Assembly: GCA_002688925.1 (NCBI GenBank) | Contig: NZEC01000006.1 | Location: 27,385-88,826 of the forward strand | DNA from: an archaeon | Lineage (GTDB): Archaea; Nanobdellota; Nanobdellia; Woesearchaeales; GW2011-AR4 | Direction: 5' to 3' | DNA: 61,442 bases | Shown here: positions 39,687 to 48,733 of the stretch, piece after piece | Layout of the letters: every line of letters starts with the position of its first letter | Numbering within the stretch: the stretch's first letter is position 1 | Notes under the pieces: model-generated | What the model was told of the DNA's origin: nothing | Databases searched by the model: none | The model's input: the letters and a program-made list of their open reading frames with translations, nothing else | Program-made: the position numbers and the translations under genes

Positions 39687-39731
39687 CCGCTGCCTGAAGG
39701 TTTAAATATTGAGATAGAGATGATTGAGTAA
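39687..39731 (+). pseudogene. orphan duplicate of the last 14 codons of rps10
   Basis: 39693-39727 is a perfect 35-nt copy of 39600-39634. The duplicate reads [14 protein letters not shown]-stop against [14 protein letters not shown]-stop in the gene. TAATTCTA also recurs after both copies. Confidence 0.75.
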
Positions 39732-39986
39732 AAATATTAATTCTAGCATTTATTTATTCCAGTATAGAAAAAAGTAGAAAGATTTATTAACAAGTTCTTA
39801 TAAGAAATATAAAAAAATTATAATTTATATAATTTTAGTGGATAAAAAGAGTGAACCATGTTAAGGCATGAGTATACAAATGACTACCTCAGTATATAAA
39901 TGTTTATATAGTAGAAGTTACATAATTGGTGGATTAGGCTTTTTTTAAGTTTTAGTTGCCAATAACACCATTATTAGGTGTGTTAA

Positions 39987-40130
39987 ATGGTAATAAGCAA
40001 CTCAAGCCTGGAAGAGAGGATTAATTCTGATATATTTGTAGAAATCTCTAACTATTTTTATTTCATTTTTAAGCTATTTATAGGATTGTTTGATAGCATT
40101 GAAAATAGGTTTAGCAGGGAGAAGGTATAA
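39987..40130 (+). CDS. small ORF (47 aa) translationally coupled to 40130-41470, hand-called
   Basis: AGGTGTG lies 7 nt upstream of the ATG. The TAA stop overlaps the next ATG (TAATG). Sequence: MVISNSSLEERINSDIFVEISNYFYFIFKLFIGLFDSIENRFSREKV. Confidence 0.4.
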   Translation: MVISNSSLEERINSDIFVEISNYFYFIFKLFIGLFDSIENRFSREKV

Positions 40131-41470
40131 TGCAAAGTAAACCATTAATATTGGAAAAAGAAGTAAAAAGTTTGATTGGTGAAGATAAAGAGCCAGATAT
40201 AGTTTTTTTTACTCCCACTCTAAATGTTGAAAATTATATACGTCATGTATTAGAATGCGGTTATGAAGGCCTTGAAAAGGTTATTAAGGACGATAATAAT
40301 GATGTTAAAACAGCTATGATTATTCCTATTGATAGCGGTTCTACAGATACTACTAGGGATGTTATAAATAAATTTATTGGTGAAACTAATGGCAATAGAA
40401 GAGGAATTGAAACAAGACTAATTGATTACACTCAGCTTTCAGGATATAAGGAAAGGTTTGAAGAAGGTTTTAGGGGGAAAGGAATTGCATGGGAATTGAT
40501 GTTTTATTTAGTTGCAAACCATTTAAAAAGCAAAATAAATTATTCCCTGGATTCAGATTTAATCAGTATTGATAAATTATGGGTTCCAAATGCTTATGAT
40601 AAATCTAATCAAGAAAAATCAAATTTACTTTTATACACTTATTCAAGGCACAAATATGATGGATCAATTACAAATATTTTAAAGTCACTTCTTAAGCAAA
40701 CAATCCGTAAAAAACATGTTCCCAATCAGATAATTGGTGGAGATATAGTATTTGATTACAGGGTTGCAGAACATATGTCTAAAAGTGATATTTGGGGAAG
40801 TGATGTTGGTAAAGATGCCAGCCAATATGGGACTGATATCTTTGTAACTCAAACAAGCATTTTTGAAGGTATGAATATAGCTGAAATTTTTAGCGGTAAA
40901 AAGGAGCATGGGTCAACTTCAAAGTACGGGGAAGATGAAAAATTTCTTCCGAGAATGGCAAGACAAGTATTTAATGTATCTTTTTATTTAACAGGTAAAT
41001 ATAAGGACAAATGGATAGGAGTATTGCCTTTAAGTGAAAATGACCATGATGGACAATATCCCATTATTGATAATGTTGAGGTTAAAAAAGTAAAGGTTGA
41101 TCGAGAAAAGTTAAGAGATTCGTTTCTTCCTTATTTAGACAATGGACATGGAGAATTTTTAAATCAGCATCTAAGCGAGGGAACATACAAGCATATTGTT
41201 GATGCACATAACGATTCACTTTATCTCTCCCATGATGCAAGAGCAGATTTATGGACTGAGATTGCTGCACTTTATCATACACTAAAGGAGGATAAAAGAA
41301 AAGAATTACTGGATGTTGCGGCTTATTCAGTCTATGGTATGTCTCACTACAGTCATGTAAGGGATGTTAGATATCTGGATTTGAAAAGAGCAGAAAAAAA
41401 GGTTATAAATTTCGGGCAAAAGTTTGTTGAAAGACAGCCATATTTTAAAAAATTAATGCTCAAAAAATAA
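40130..41470 (+). CDS. divergent GT-A-fold glycosyltransferase-like protein
   Basis: FFTPTLNVENYI, PIDSGSTDTT, GKG and LDSDL echo the GT2/GT81 N-terminal half. The C-terminal ~200 aa are unrecognised. Confidence 0.45.
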   Translation: MQSKPLILEKEVKSLIGEDKEPDIVFFTPTLNVENYIRHVLECGYEGLEKVIKDDNNDVKTAMIIPIDSGSTDTTRDVINKFIGETNGNRRGIETRLIDYTQLSGYKERFEEGFRGKGIAWELMFYLVANHLKSKINYSLDSDLISIDKLWVPNAYDKSNQEKSNLLLYTYSRHKYDGSITNILKSLLKQTIRKKHVPNQIIGGDIVFDYRVAEHMSKSDIWGSDVGKDASQYGTDIFVTQTSIFEGMNIAEIFSGKKEHGSTSKYGEDEKFLPRMARQVFNVSFYLTGKYKDKWIGVLPLSENDHDGQYPIIDNVEVKKVKVDREKLRDSFLPYLDNGHGEFLNQHLSEGTYKHIVDAHNDSLYLSHDARADLWTEIAALYHTLKEDKRKELLDVAAYSVYGMSHYSHVRDVRYLDLKRAEKKVINFGQKFVERQPYFKKLMLKK

Positions 41471-41527
41471 ATTCTTTTATTTAAAAACTGGATTTTTCTA
41501 AATTACATAAGAGAACAATAATATAAA

Positions 41528-41630
41528 TAGCCCCGCCAGGATTCGAACCTGGGTCCTCGGATGTTTTCGGTAAAAAACTTAATTCTTAACCACCAAAATC
41601 CGAGATGATTGGCCGCTACACTACGGGGCT
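41528..41630 (-). tRNA. tRNA-Gln(UUG) with canonical 30-nt intron
   Basis: Hand fold: acceptor AGCCCCG/CGGGGCU (A1-U72), anticodon stem UCGGA/UCCGA, loop UUUUGG[intron 41563-41592]A, T arm CCAGG-UUCGAAU-CCUGG, discriminator A. Confidence 0.85.
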
Positions 41631-41656
41631 GTATAGAAGAAGATTTTTTCAATGGT

Positions 41657-41665
41657 TTATAAAAG
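41657..41665 (-). promoter_or_regulatory. TATA-like box TTTTATAAA upstream of tRNA-Gln
   Basis: Centred about 31 nt upstream of the tRNA 5' end. Confidence 0.4.
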
Positions 41666-41700
41666 TTATTTTATTTTACTCAGTATCACACAGCATATAA

Positions 41701-43320
41701 TCACTTCATATTAATATTTACTGCTCTATAAACTTCTTTCATTGGGTTAATTTCATCTTTAATAATATCTTCAACTCCTTTCACACGTCCATTGGGTTCA
41801 ACCTGGATAAAAGTCATTGCTTTATCTCTATCCTCATTTGGGCCAAATCCTCCATAAACTTTATTGTATCCATATTTAGTAAATTGATTTCCTATTCTAT
41901 CGAACATACCAGCTTTTTCAGTATATTGGACTATTATAGTATCATAAGGAAAAATAGGGATATTTTGTTTAAATTCACCTACTCTTGTAACCTGTAATTC
42001 ACCTTCATCAATTCTACCCCTAATTTTATGCGAACTACTGTCTGAACTATGGTAAATTATTTCAATTGAATGTGGATATATTTTTGTCGGATCTGGTTCC
42101 CTTGTAATGATATTAACATTGTTATCAGTAGCGAATTCTAGTGCTTGGGATGGAGTTATTTTTTTTCCTAAATTTTCTTCATATAAACCCTTAAGGACAT
42201 ATTGTTTAAAATCATCCTTATGAGTATTAAGGTCGCCATAGCAAACTATTTCTATTTTAATCGGATTGTCAATAAATGCTTTATTGAATTTACCCAATGA
42301 CATAGTAAGTAATGCATATTCTTTCATTTCTTCTGGCAATGGAACATTAACACAATCATTTAATATTCCCTTATTAAAATAATCATCAAGATGGTCCGCT
42401 GCAGAAGTTGCTGTTCGGATATTTGATTCAAAAGTTTGAGCACCTAATTTTGGAAAAAGAAATATACGGTCATGAAATTTGCCCATTTCGTTATCCTTAA
42501 TGAATATAACTTTATTTACATCACTTGCATATCTAAATCCGTCTTTTTCAAGAAGAGTCTGTTTTAAATCATCATAATTTATTGAGTTAGGTCTTGCAGT
42601 ATTTAATAAAATTCCATTATTAGACATTAATGACAATAATTCATAATTTACAATCTTATTTGTATCAGGAAGGTTAGGTACATGTATAGAAACTATAAAT
42701 GATTTTTCAAATATATCTTGGATATTATCTACCAAGGTTGCCCCATATTCTTCCCCGACTTTTTTGTCTGTAACAAATGGGTCATATGCAAAAACCTTTG
42801 CACCGAGACCTGATAATTTCTTGGATAATAGCTTGGGGATATGTCCAAAAGCAAGCAAACCAATTCTTTTTCCTTCTAATTCATGTCCTATAAAATCATC
42901 TGGTAAAAATTCTCCATTTTTCATTGATTCGTATGCTGAAAAAAGATTTCTTGCGATTGCTCCCATCACCCATATTGATTCTTCTGCTACTCCATTTGCA
43001 TTCCTTCCAGGAGTATTAGATACATAAATTCCCTTTTCCCTTGCCTTTGTTATATTAATATTCTCGGGATCCGATCCAGCCCTGACTATTGCTTCTAAAT
43101 TTGATGCAACTTCTAAAAGTTCATCTGTCACTAAATCACTTCTTACAACCAACCCATGATATTCTGGTATTTCTTTTACTAAATCAATAAGTGCACCATC
43201 CCCTTCCAAAAAATGATAACCAATATTACCATTATTAAATACTTTAATCATTGATTCTTTAGCGTCTAGTGCGAATCGTTTTTGGGTTGCAATTAATACT
43301 TTTTTTTGTTCTTCAGTCAC
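41701..43320 (-). CDS. long-form D-3-phosphoglycerate dehydrogenase homolog with degenerate cofactor and catalytic motifs
   Basis: 2-hydroxyacid dehydrogenase core (NTPGRNANGVAE, LLNTAR) plus ASB and ACT-like C-terminal domains. The GxGxxG position reads AFGHIP, and the TPHLGAST position reads FPKLGAQT. Confidence 0.6.
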   Translation of the reverse strand: MTEEQKKVLIATQKRFALDAKESMIKVFNNGNIGYHFLEGDGALIDLVKEIPEYHGLVVRSDLVTDELLEVASNLEAIVRAGSDPENINITKAREKGIYVSNTPGRNANGVAEESIWVMGAIARNLFSAYESMKNGEFLPDDFIGHELEGKRIGLLAFGHIPKLLSKKLSGLGAKVFAYDPFVTDKKVGEEYGATLVDNIQDIFEKSFIVSIHVPNLPDTNKIVNYELLSLMSNNGILLNTARPNSINYDDLKQTLLEKDGFRYASDVNKVIFIKDNEMGKFHDRIFLFPKLGAQTFESNIRTATSAADHLDDYFNKGILNDCVNVPLPEEMKEYALLTMSLGKFNKAFIDNPIKIEIVCYGDLNTHKDDFKQYVLKGLYEENLGKKITPSQALEFATDNNVNIITREPDPTKIYPHSIEIIYHSSDSSSHKIRGRIDEGELQVTRVGEFKQNIPIFPYDTIIVQYTEKAGMFDRIGNQFTKYGYNKVYGGFGPNEDRDKAMTFIQVEPNGRVKGVEDIIKDEINPMKEVYRAVNINMK

Positions 43321-43366
43321 CTAAATCCACCAAACCTAAGTATCAACATTCCATTTAAAACCCTTT

Positions 43367-43444
43367 TGACATATATGCCTAAATTTCATTATTTTTGACA
43401 TATTTTAGCAAAATATTTAAATTATGACATATTTTTATGTCATA
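43367..43444 (+). promoter_or_regulatory. three phased TGACATAT boxes, the last within an inverted repeat, upstream of the ACT-domain gene
   Basis: TGACATAT occurs at 43367, 43396 and 43425, exactly 29 nt apart. TATGACAT (43423-43430) pairs with ATGTCATA (43437-43444), which abuts the ATG. Confidence 0.55.
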
Positions 43445-44103
43445 TGAAAAGGCAAAACATACCCAACATAAGGGAATTTGTGTGGAAAATAATTGAGACT
43501 GATATTTCTTTAAAAAAAGACCTGAACAGGGGCATTATAAATGTAAGGAGCCTTGCAAAGCATATTCTTGATGAGCAAAAAATAACAGCTTCTTTAGATT
43601 CAGTAATAAGCGCAATAAGAAGATATGAAAAAGCCCCAAAAAACAAGGAAACTTATTCTGTCTACCGTACATTAAATCATGCCAGGATTGCAACAAGAAC
43701 AAAGATGTCCTCACTTTTATTAAAAAGAACAGATGATGTAAAGACAAAGCTTGGCAGGCCGGACAAATTAATAGATTATCAGGGCCATGAAATAATAAGG
43801 GTCTTAGAAGGCTCCCAGGCCTTAACAATCGTATTTGACAGGAAAAACTTTGAAAAAATAAAAACAATTTTCCCGAAATCGGTTATATTAGAGGAAAACA
43901 AAAAAGTCGGCATGATAGAGATCGATTATCCAAGAATACTGAAAAAAACTCCGGGGGTTTTCTCTGTAATATACAATGAGCTTGCAGAAAATAACATAAG
44001 CATAATTGATGCGCTAATCTCCTCAAATGAGCATATCTTAGTAATTGATGAAGAAAAGCTGCTGACAGCATTTGAACATATATATGAATTATGCAATAAT
44101 TAA
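43444..44103 (+). CDS. ACT-domain protein, putative regulator; paralog of 12237-12872
   Basis: C-terminal PGVFSVIYNELAENNISIIDALISSNEHILVIDEEKL is ACT-like. The N-terminal half is HTH-like. Confidence 0.45.
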   Translation: MKRQNIPNIREFVWKIIETDISLKKDLNRGIINVRSLAKHILDEQKITASLDSVISAIRRYEKAPKNKETYSVYRTLNHARIATRTKMSSLLLKRTDDVKTKLGRPDKLIDYQGHEIIRVLEGSQALTIVFDRKNFEKIKTIFPKSVILEENKKVGMIEIDYPRILKKTPGVFSVIYNELAENNISIIDALISSNEHILVIDEEKLLTAFEHIYELCNN

Positions 44104-44189
44104 ACAAAAAAAATGCTACTAATGATTAGTAATTATGCATTTAAACCACAAAAACCTTTATAAATAATTAATATAAAATTTTTAATCAA

Positions 44190-47100
44190 ATGGAAGATCA
44201 AGAGCAAATTGCAGTGGAGAAAAAGAAAGAGACAAGAATAAACAAGATAGTGATGCATGGCTTCAAGAGCTTTGCAAAGCATACCGAAATTCTATTTGGA
44301 GGTAATTTTAATTGTGTTCTTGGCCCAAACGGCTCTGGAAAATCTAACGTGATGGACGCTTTATGCTTTGTTCTGGGAAAATCATCCGCAAAATCATTAA
44401 GGGCAGAAAAGGCAGCAAACCTCATCTATAATGGGGGCAAAGCAAAAAAGCCTGCAAAGCATGGGGAAGTATCGATCTTCTTTGACAACAAAAATAAGGT
44501 TTTTCCTACAGAAGACTCTGAAGTCAAATTAACCCGGATTGTAAGGCAGAGCGGCCAGTCAGTCTACAAGATTAACGATCAAACAAGAACCAGACAGGAA
44601 ATTCTTGACCTGCTCTCAGTTGCAAAGATAAATCCCGATGGCTACAATATAATTCTGCAGGGAGACATAGTGAAATTTGTGGAAATGCATCCTGACCAGA
44701 GGCGTGAACTTATTGGAGAGGTAGCAGGAATCTCTGTCTATGAGGAAAAAAAGCACAAAACTATTTTAGAATTGCAGAAAGTCGATGAGAGGCTGAAAGA
44801 GACAGAAATAGTATTGGCAGAAAGAAATACTTACCTTAAAGAGCTTAAGAAAGATCGTGACCAAGCGTTAAAATACAAGGAAATGAATGATAAGATAAAG
44901 CAGAACAAAGCCTCTTACTTAAAATTGCAGATTGACAGCAAAGAAAATGAAAAAAACGAGATGCAAAAAAAGCTTGACGAGACAAATAAAGAACTGGAAA
45001 AAGTAAATGAAAAAATACAGAATTCAAAAAATCAAAATCAGGAAAAAAGGGCTGAAATAGAGCAGATAACAAAAGAGATAGAGGAAAAAGGGGAAGTAGA
45101 GCAGGTAAACATTAACAAAGAAGTAGAGGCTTTAAAAATAGACCTTACAAAAAAAAATTCCAGGATAGATACTGTAAAAAATGAGTTAAGCAAGATAAAA
45201 AAGAGAAAAAATGATCTGGAAAACAGCGTAAAAGAAGTCAAAGATAAGATAAAAGAGCTCAATGCAGAAAAAGAAAATATGCAGAAAGATATTTCTTCAA
45301 AAGAAGAAGAAAAAAATATCATATCAAAAAAGATACAGGATTTTAAGGAAAAAAACAAGCTCGATAATATTTCAGACATAGAAAAGCAGGTTGAGGAAAT
45401 AGACAAAAAATCAGAAGAGATCCAGAAAGAAGCGCATTCAATAAGGGAAGAGCAGCACAATTTTATAAGGGAAAAAGACAAAATTTCGCATGATATCAGC
45501 ACAATAGATGCCCAGATAAATAAAGTCCTGGATGTTGAAAAAGAAAACGAGCAACAGCTGGAAGAAGTAAAAAATAAAAGAAATGAATTCAAAAAATCAA
45601 CTTTAGAATTAAATAAAAAGCTGGATGAAGATTCGTCAATGGCTGCCCAGCTTTCAGATGCAAGAAAAAAAATATATGCTGCAAATGAGGAGCTTGCAAA
45701 ATTAAAGGCAAGACGCTTATCAACAAGAGAGTTAAATTATGCTGATATAGCAATTAAGCGGATATTAGATCTCAAAAACAAAAAGCCGGAAATTTACGGA
45801 ACAGTCGCAGAGCTTGGAAACGTTGATTCTAAATACACTCTTGCCCTTGAAATCGCAGCAGGCCAAAAAATCAAGAGCATTATTGTGGAAAATGACAAGA
45901 TAGCGTCAGAATGCATTAAGTACCTTAAAGACAATAAGCTTGGAGTGGCCACTTTCCTTCCCTTAAATAAGATACGCCCCAGGCCAATAAGCTCTTCAGC
46001 AAAAAACATCTCTAAATCAAACGGAAGCCATGGCCTTGCTATTAACTTAGTTTCTTTTGAAAGCAAATTCAAAAAAGCCTTTGAATATGTTTTTTCAGAC
46101 ACAATTGTAGTGGACAATATAGATGTATCAAGAAGGCTTGGGATAGGAAACGCAAGATATGTCACTTTAGATGCTGATTTAGTGGAAAAAAGCGGCGCTA
46201 TGCATGGTGGATTTAGATTAAAAAGAAAGCACAGCATGGGATTCAAGGAAAAAGGCATAACCCTGGATATAGAGAAGCATGAGCAGGAAATAAAAGAGAT
46301 GAAAACTAATATAGATGTTCTGGAAAAAACAAGAACTGAAAATGAAGGGTCAATATCTGGCCTAAGGGTCAAAAAAGCGACTTTGGAAGGTGAAATAATA
46401 AGGATGGAAAAGTCTTTGCACCTTGAATCAACTGACCTTGAGGCATCGAAAGAAAAAAGGGTTTCATTGCAAAATCATGAAAAAGAGATCAGCAAAAAAA
46501 TAGATCTGGTTCAGGAAAAGATAAGCGCCTTTAACCAGGAGCTTACAGCAATTAAAACTGAGAAGCAGAAATTAAGGTCAAGCATATCCCAATTAAGAAA
46601 TCCCACCCTGATTGCTGAGCTGAATGCATTTGAAGAAAAGCTCATGGAGTTAAATGAGGAAATAATAAGGATTGACTCTAAGATAAAGATAAGAGATACT
46701 CAATCGCAGGACATATACAAAAGTGAATTGGAAAAAACAGAAAAAATAATGAAGGGCCTTGAAAAGGATGAGCAGGACTTTACTAGTGAGCTAAAAGATT
46801 TAACTGATGCTTCCAGCCAGAAAGATGATGAGCTTAAGAAAAAGGAATCTATGGCTAAAGACTTTTATGCTAAGTTCAAAGGATTATTTCACAAAAGAAG
46901 CCAGATTGAGCAGGAAATACAAAAAAATGAAACAACAATCAACAACAAACAGGATGACAGCAGGAAAATTGAAGTTAAAGCTAATACATTATCCTTAAGG
47001 CTTGCAGAGCTCCAGTCAATACTTTCAGGATTAAACCTTGAATTTCAGCAGTATGAAGGCGTTAAACTTGACTTAAGCAAAAATGAAGATCAGCTTAAGA

Positions 47101-47726
47101 ATGATATCAAAAAATTTGAGCGCATGCAGGAGCAGATTGGCAGTGTTAATATGAGAGCCTTGGAAATTTATGAAGGAGTTGAAAAGCAATATCATGATTT
47201 AGTCGGTAAAAAAGAGATGCTGAATACAGAGAAAGAAGATGTTCTTAAGATGATGGAAGAAATAGAGGGAAAGAAAAAAGACCTGTTCATGAAGGTATTT
47301 GATGTTGTGAATGAAAACTTCAAAAAATTCTTTTCCATGATAACAGCAAAAGGGGACGCTAATCTTGTGATTGAAAATGAGGAAAATCCGTTTGAAGAGG
47401 GAGTAAGGATAAATGTAAAGATAACCGGCAGCAAATTTTTAGATATAAGAAGCCTTTCCGGAGGAGAAAAGACAATGACAGCATTAGCTTTTATTTTCGC
47501 AATCCAGGAGCACGAGCCAGCATCCTTCTATGTCCTGGATGAGGTTGATGCTGCCCTGGATAAGCACAACTCGGAGAAATTCGCAAACATGATAAAGCAG
47601 TACTCAGTAAAAGCCCAGTACGCAATAGTAAGCCACAATGACGCTATCATCTCTGCAGCAGACAACCTTTACGGAGTCTCAATGAACGAGCATGGAATGT
47701 CCCAGGTTGTTAGCCTGAAGATTTAG
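44190..47726 (+). CDS. smc: SMC chromosome segregation ATPase
   Basis: Walker A GPNGSGKSN, long coiled coils, a hinge, signature LSGGEKT and Walker B FYVLDEVDAALD. Confidence 0.95.
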   Translation: MEDQEQIAVEKKKETRINKIVMHGFKSFAKHTEILFGGNFNCVLGPNGSGKSNVMDALCFVLGKSSAKSLRAEKAANLIYNGGKAKKPAKHGEVSIFFDNKNKVFPTEDSEVKLTRIVRQSGQSVYKINDQTRTRQEILDLLSVAKINPDGYNIILQGDIVKFVEMHPDQRRELIGEVAGISVYEEKKHKTILELQKVDERLKETEIVLAERNTYLKELKKDRDQALKYKEMNDKIKQNKASYLKLQIDSKENEKNEMQKKLDETNKELEKVNEKIQNSKNQNQEKRAEIEQITKEIEEKGEVEQVNINKEVEALKIDLTKKNSRIDTVKNELSKIKKRKNDLENSVKEVKDKIKELNAEKENMQKDISSKEEEKNIISKKIQDFKEKNKLDNISDIEKQVEEIDKKSEEIQKEAHSIREEQHNFIREKDKISHDISTIDAQINKVLDVEKENEQQLEEVKNKRNEFKKSTLELNKKLDEDSSMAAQLSDARKKIYAANEELAKLKARRLSTRELNYADIAIKRILDLKNKKPEIYGTVAELGNVDSKYTLALEIAAGQKIKSIIVENDKIASECIKYLKDNKLGVATFLPLNKIRPRPISSSAKNISKSNGSHGLAINLVSFESKFKKAFEYVFSDTIVVDNIDVSRRLGIGNARYVTLDADLVEKSGAMHGGFRLKRKHSMGFKEKGITLDIEKHEQEIKEMKTNIDVLEKTRTENEGSISGLRVKKATLEGEIIRMEKSLHLESTDLEASKEKRVSLQNHEKEISKKIDLVQEKISAFNQELTAIKTEKQKLRSSISQLRNPTLIAELNAFEEKLMELNEEIIRIDSKIKIRDTQSQDIYKSELEKTEKIMKGLEKDEQDFTSELKDLTDASSQKDDELKKKESMAKDFYAKFKGLFHKRSQIEQEIQKNETTINNKQDDSRKIEVKANTLSLRLAELQSILSGLNLEFQQYEGVKLDLSKNEDQLKNDIKKFERMQEQIGSVNMRALEIYEGVEKQYHDLVGKKEMLNTEKEDVLKMMEEIEGKKKDLFMKVFDVVNENFKKFFSMITAKGDANLVIENEENPFEEGVRINVKITGSKFLDIRSLSGGEKTMTALAFIFAIQEHEPASFYVLDEVDAALDKHNSEKFANMIKQYSVKAQYAIVSHNDAIISAADNLYGVSMNEHGMSQVVSLKI

Positions 47727-48425
47727 TTATTTCTTATAGTCAAACCTATACTTGAATATATCAGTTTTTATCTCTCCAAAAAGCATCCTATAAAAAGCAG
47801 AAAGAAATAATTTCATAAAAATATTAAGCCTGCCATAATAGTCAAATCTCCTTGTAGAGGTATAAACCCTTATATCTTTTAAAATCCTGAACTTTCCGTT
47901 CCTGGATGCTCTTTTGCAATAATCCATGTCTTCTGACAGCCTTATGCTTTCATTAAAACCATTAATCTTATCATGCAATTTCTTTCTGATAAAAATTCCA
48001 TGACCAGAGGCATTTGCACAATAAAATTGAGTAAAGTATATCCAGAAGTTATAAATCCAAAAAGCCAGGTTATCTGAAATTTTCCCGTTTATTGGCTTTA
48101 TCATGCACCCTGCTATATCTGTGCTTTTTTTATTTATTTGGCTCAATGATTTTTCCAGAAAGTTTTTTTTAATAATACAATCCGAATCTATGAACAGCAG
48201 AATGTCCCCTTTGGACTTTTTTGCCCCGTTATTCCTTGCAGTTCCCGGCAGTCCCCCTTTTACAATCTTGCAGCCATGTTTCTTTGCAATCTGCTTTGTC
48301 CTGTCTTTAGAGTTATTGTCTGCTATAATAACCTCAAAATCCATATATGTTTGTTTTTTTAGGCTGTTCAATAGCCCAAGTAAATATTTCTCTTCGTTTA
48401 ATGTGGGTATTATTATGCTCAGCAT
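47727..48425 (-). CDS. family 2 glycosyltransferase
   Basis: LSIIIPTLNEEKYL, ADNNSKDRT and IDSDC. Confidence 0.8.
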   Translation of the reverse strand: MLSIIIPTLNEEKYLLGLLNSLKKQTYMDFEVIIADNNSKDRTKQIAKKHGCKIVKGGLPGTARNNGAKKSKGDILLFIDSDCIIKKNFLEKSLSQINKKSTDIAGCMIKPINGKISDNLAFWIYNFWIYFTQFYCANASGHGIFIRKKLHDKINGFNESIRLSEDMDYCKRASRNGKFRILKDIRVYTSTRRFDYYGRLNIFMKLFLSAFYRMLFGEIKTDIFKYRFDYKK

Positions 48426-48466
48426 ATTTTTACAAGAAATAGTATTTGTTTATAAAATTAATTAAA

Positions 48467-48538
48467 TGCGTCGGCTGGGATTTGAACCCAGATAGGCGGC
48501 TTGGAAGGCCACAGTCATAGCCATTAGACCACCGACGC
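48467..48538 (-). tRNA. tRNA-Gly(UCC)
   Basis: Hand fold: acceptor GCGUCGG/CCGACGC, anticodon stem GUGGC/GCCGC with loop CUUCCAA, T arm CUGGG-UUCAAAU-CCCAG, discriminator A. 72 nt with no intron. Confidence 0.9.
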
Positions 48539-48562
48539 ATAGACTTAGAGATAAAGAATTTC

Positions 48563-48570
48563 TTTATAAA
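48563..48570. promoter_or_regulatory. palindromic TATA box TTTATAAA
   Basis: Centred 28 nt upstream of the tRNA-Gly 5' end. Being its own reverse complement, it could also fire rightward into the GC-hairpin region. Confidence 0.5.
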
Positions 48571-48583
48571 TTTAATTATTTTA

Positions 48584-48644
48584 GACGCCGCCAATGTAGG
48601 CGGCGCTATATTGCGCGGCGTCATTGGCCGCGCCTATATTTTTT
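48584..48644 (+). ncRNA. two GC-rich hairpins followed by a T6 tract (candidate small RNA or leader/attenuator)
   Basis: CGCCGCC (48586-48592) pairs with GGCGGCG (48599-48605). GCGCGGC (48613-48619) pairs with GCCGCGC (48627-48633). TTTTTT lies at 48639-48644. GACGCCGC (48584-48591) can alternatively pair with GCGGCGTC (48615-48622). Confidence 0.3.
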
Positions 48645-48733
48645 GGGGGTAATAATATAAAACTCCATATTAAAATAACACAAAGCATTAAATATTAAGA
48701 CATATTATTAATACTAAATTGGGGGTGAAATGA

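Noticed and set aside
39728-43443. Integrated mobile element or genomic island downstream of the duplicated rps10 end.
   Set aside because: No integrase, transposase, or viral or plasmid gene is present. No second boundary repeat was found, and the two att-like copies are only 58 nt apart. It is kept as a rearrangement-junction finding only.
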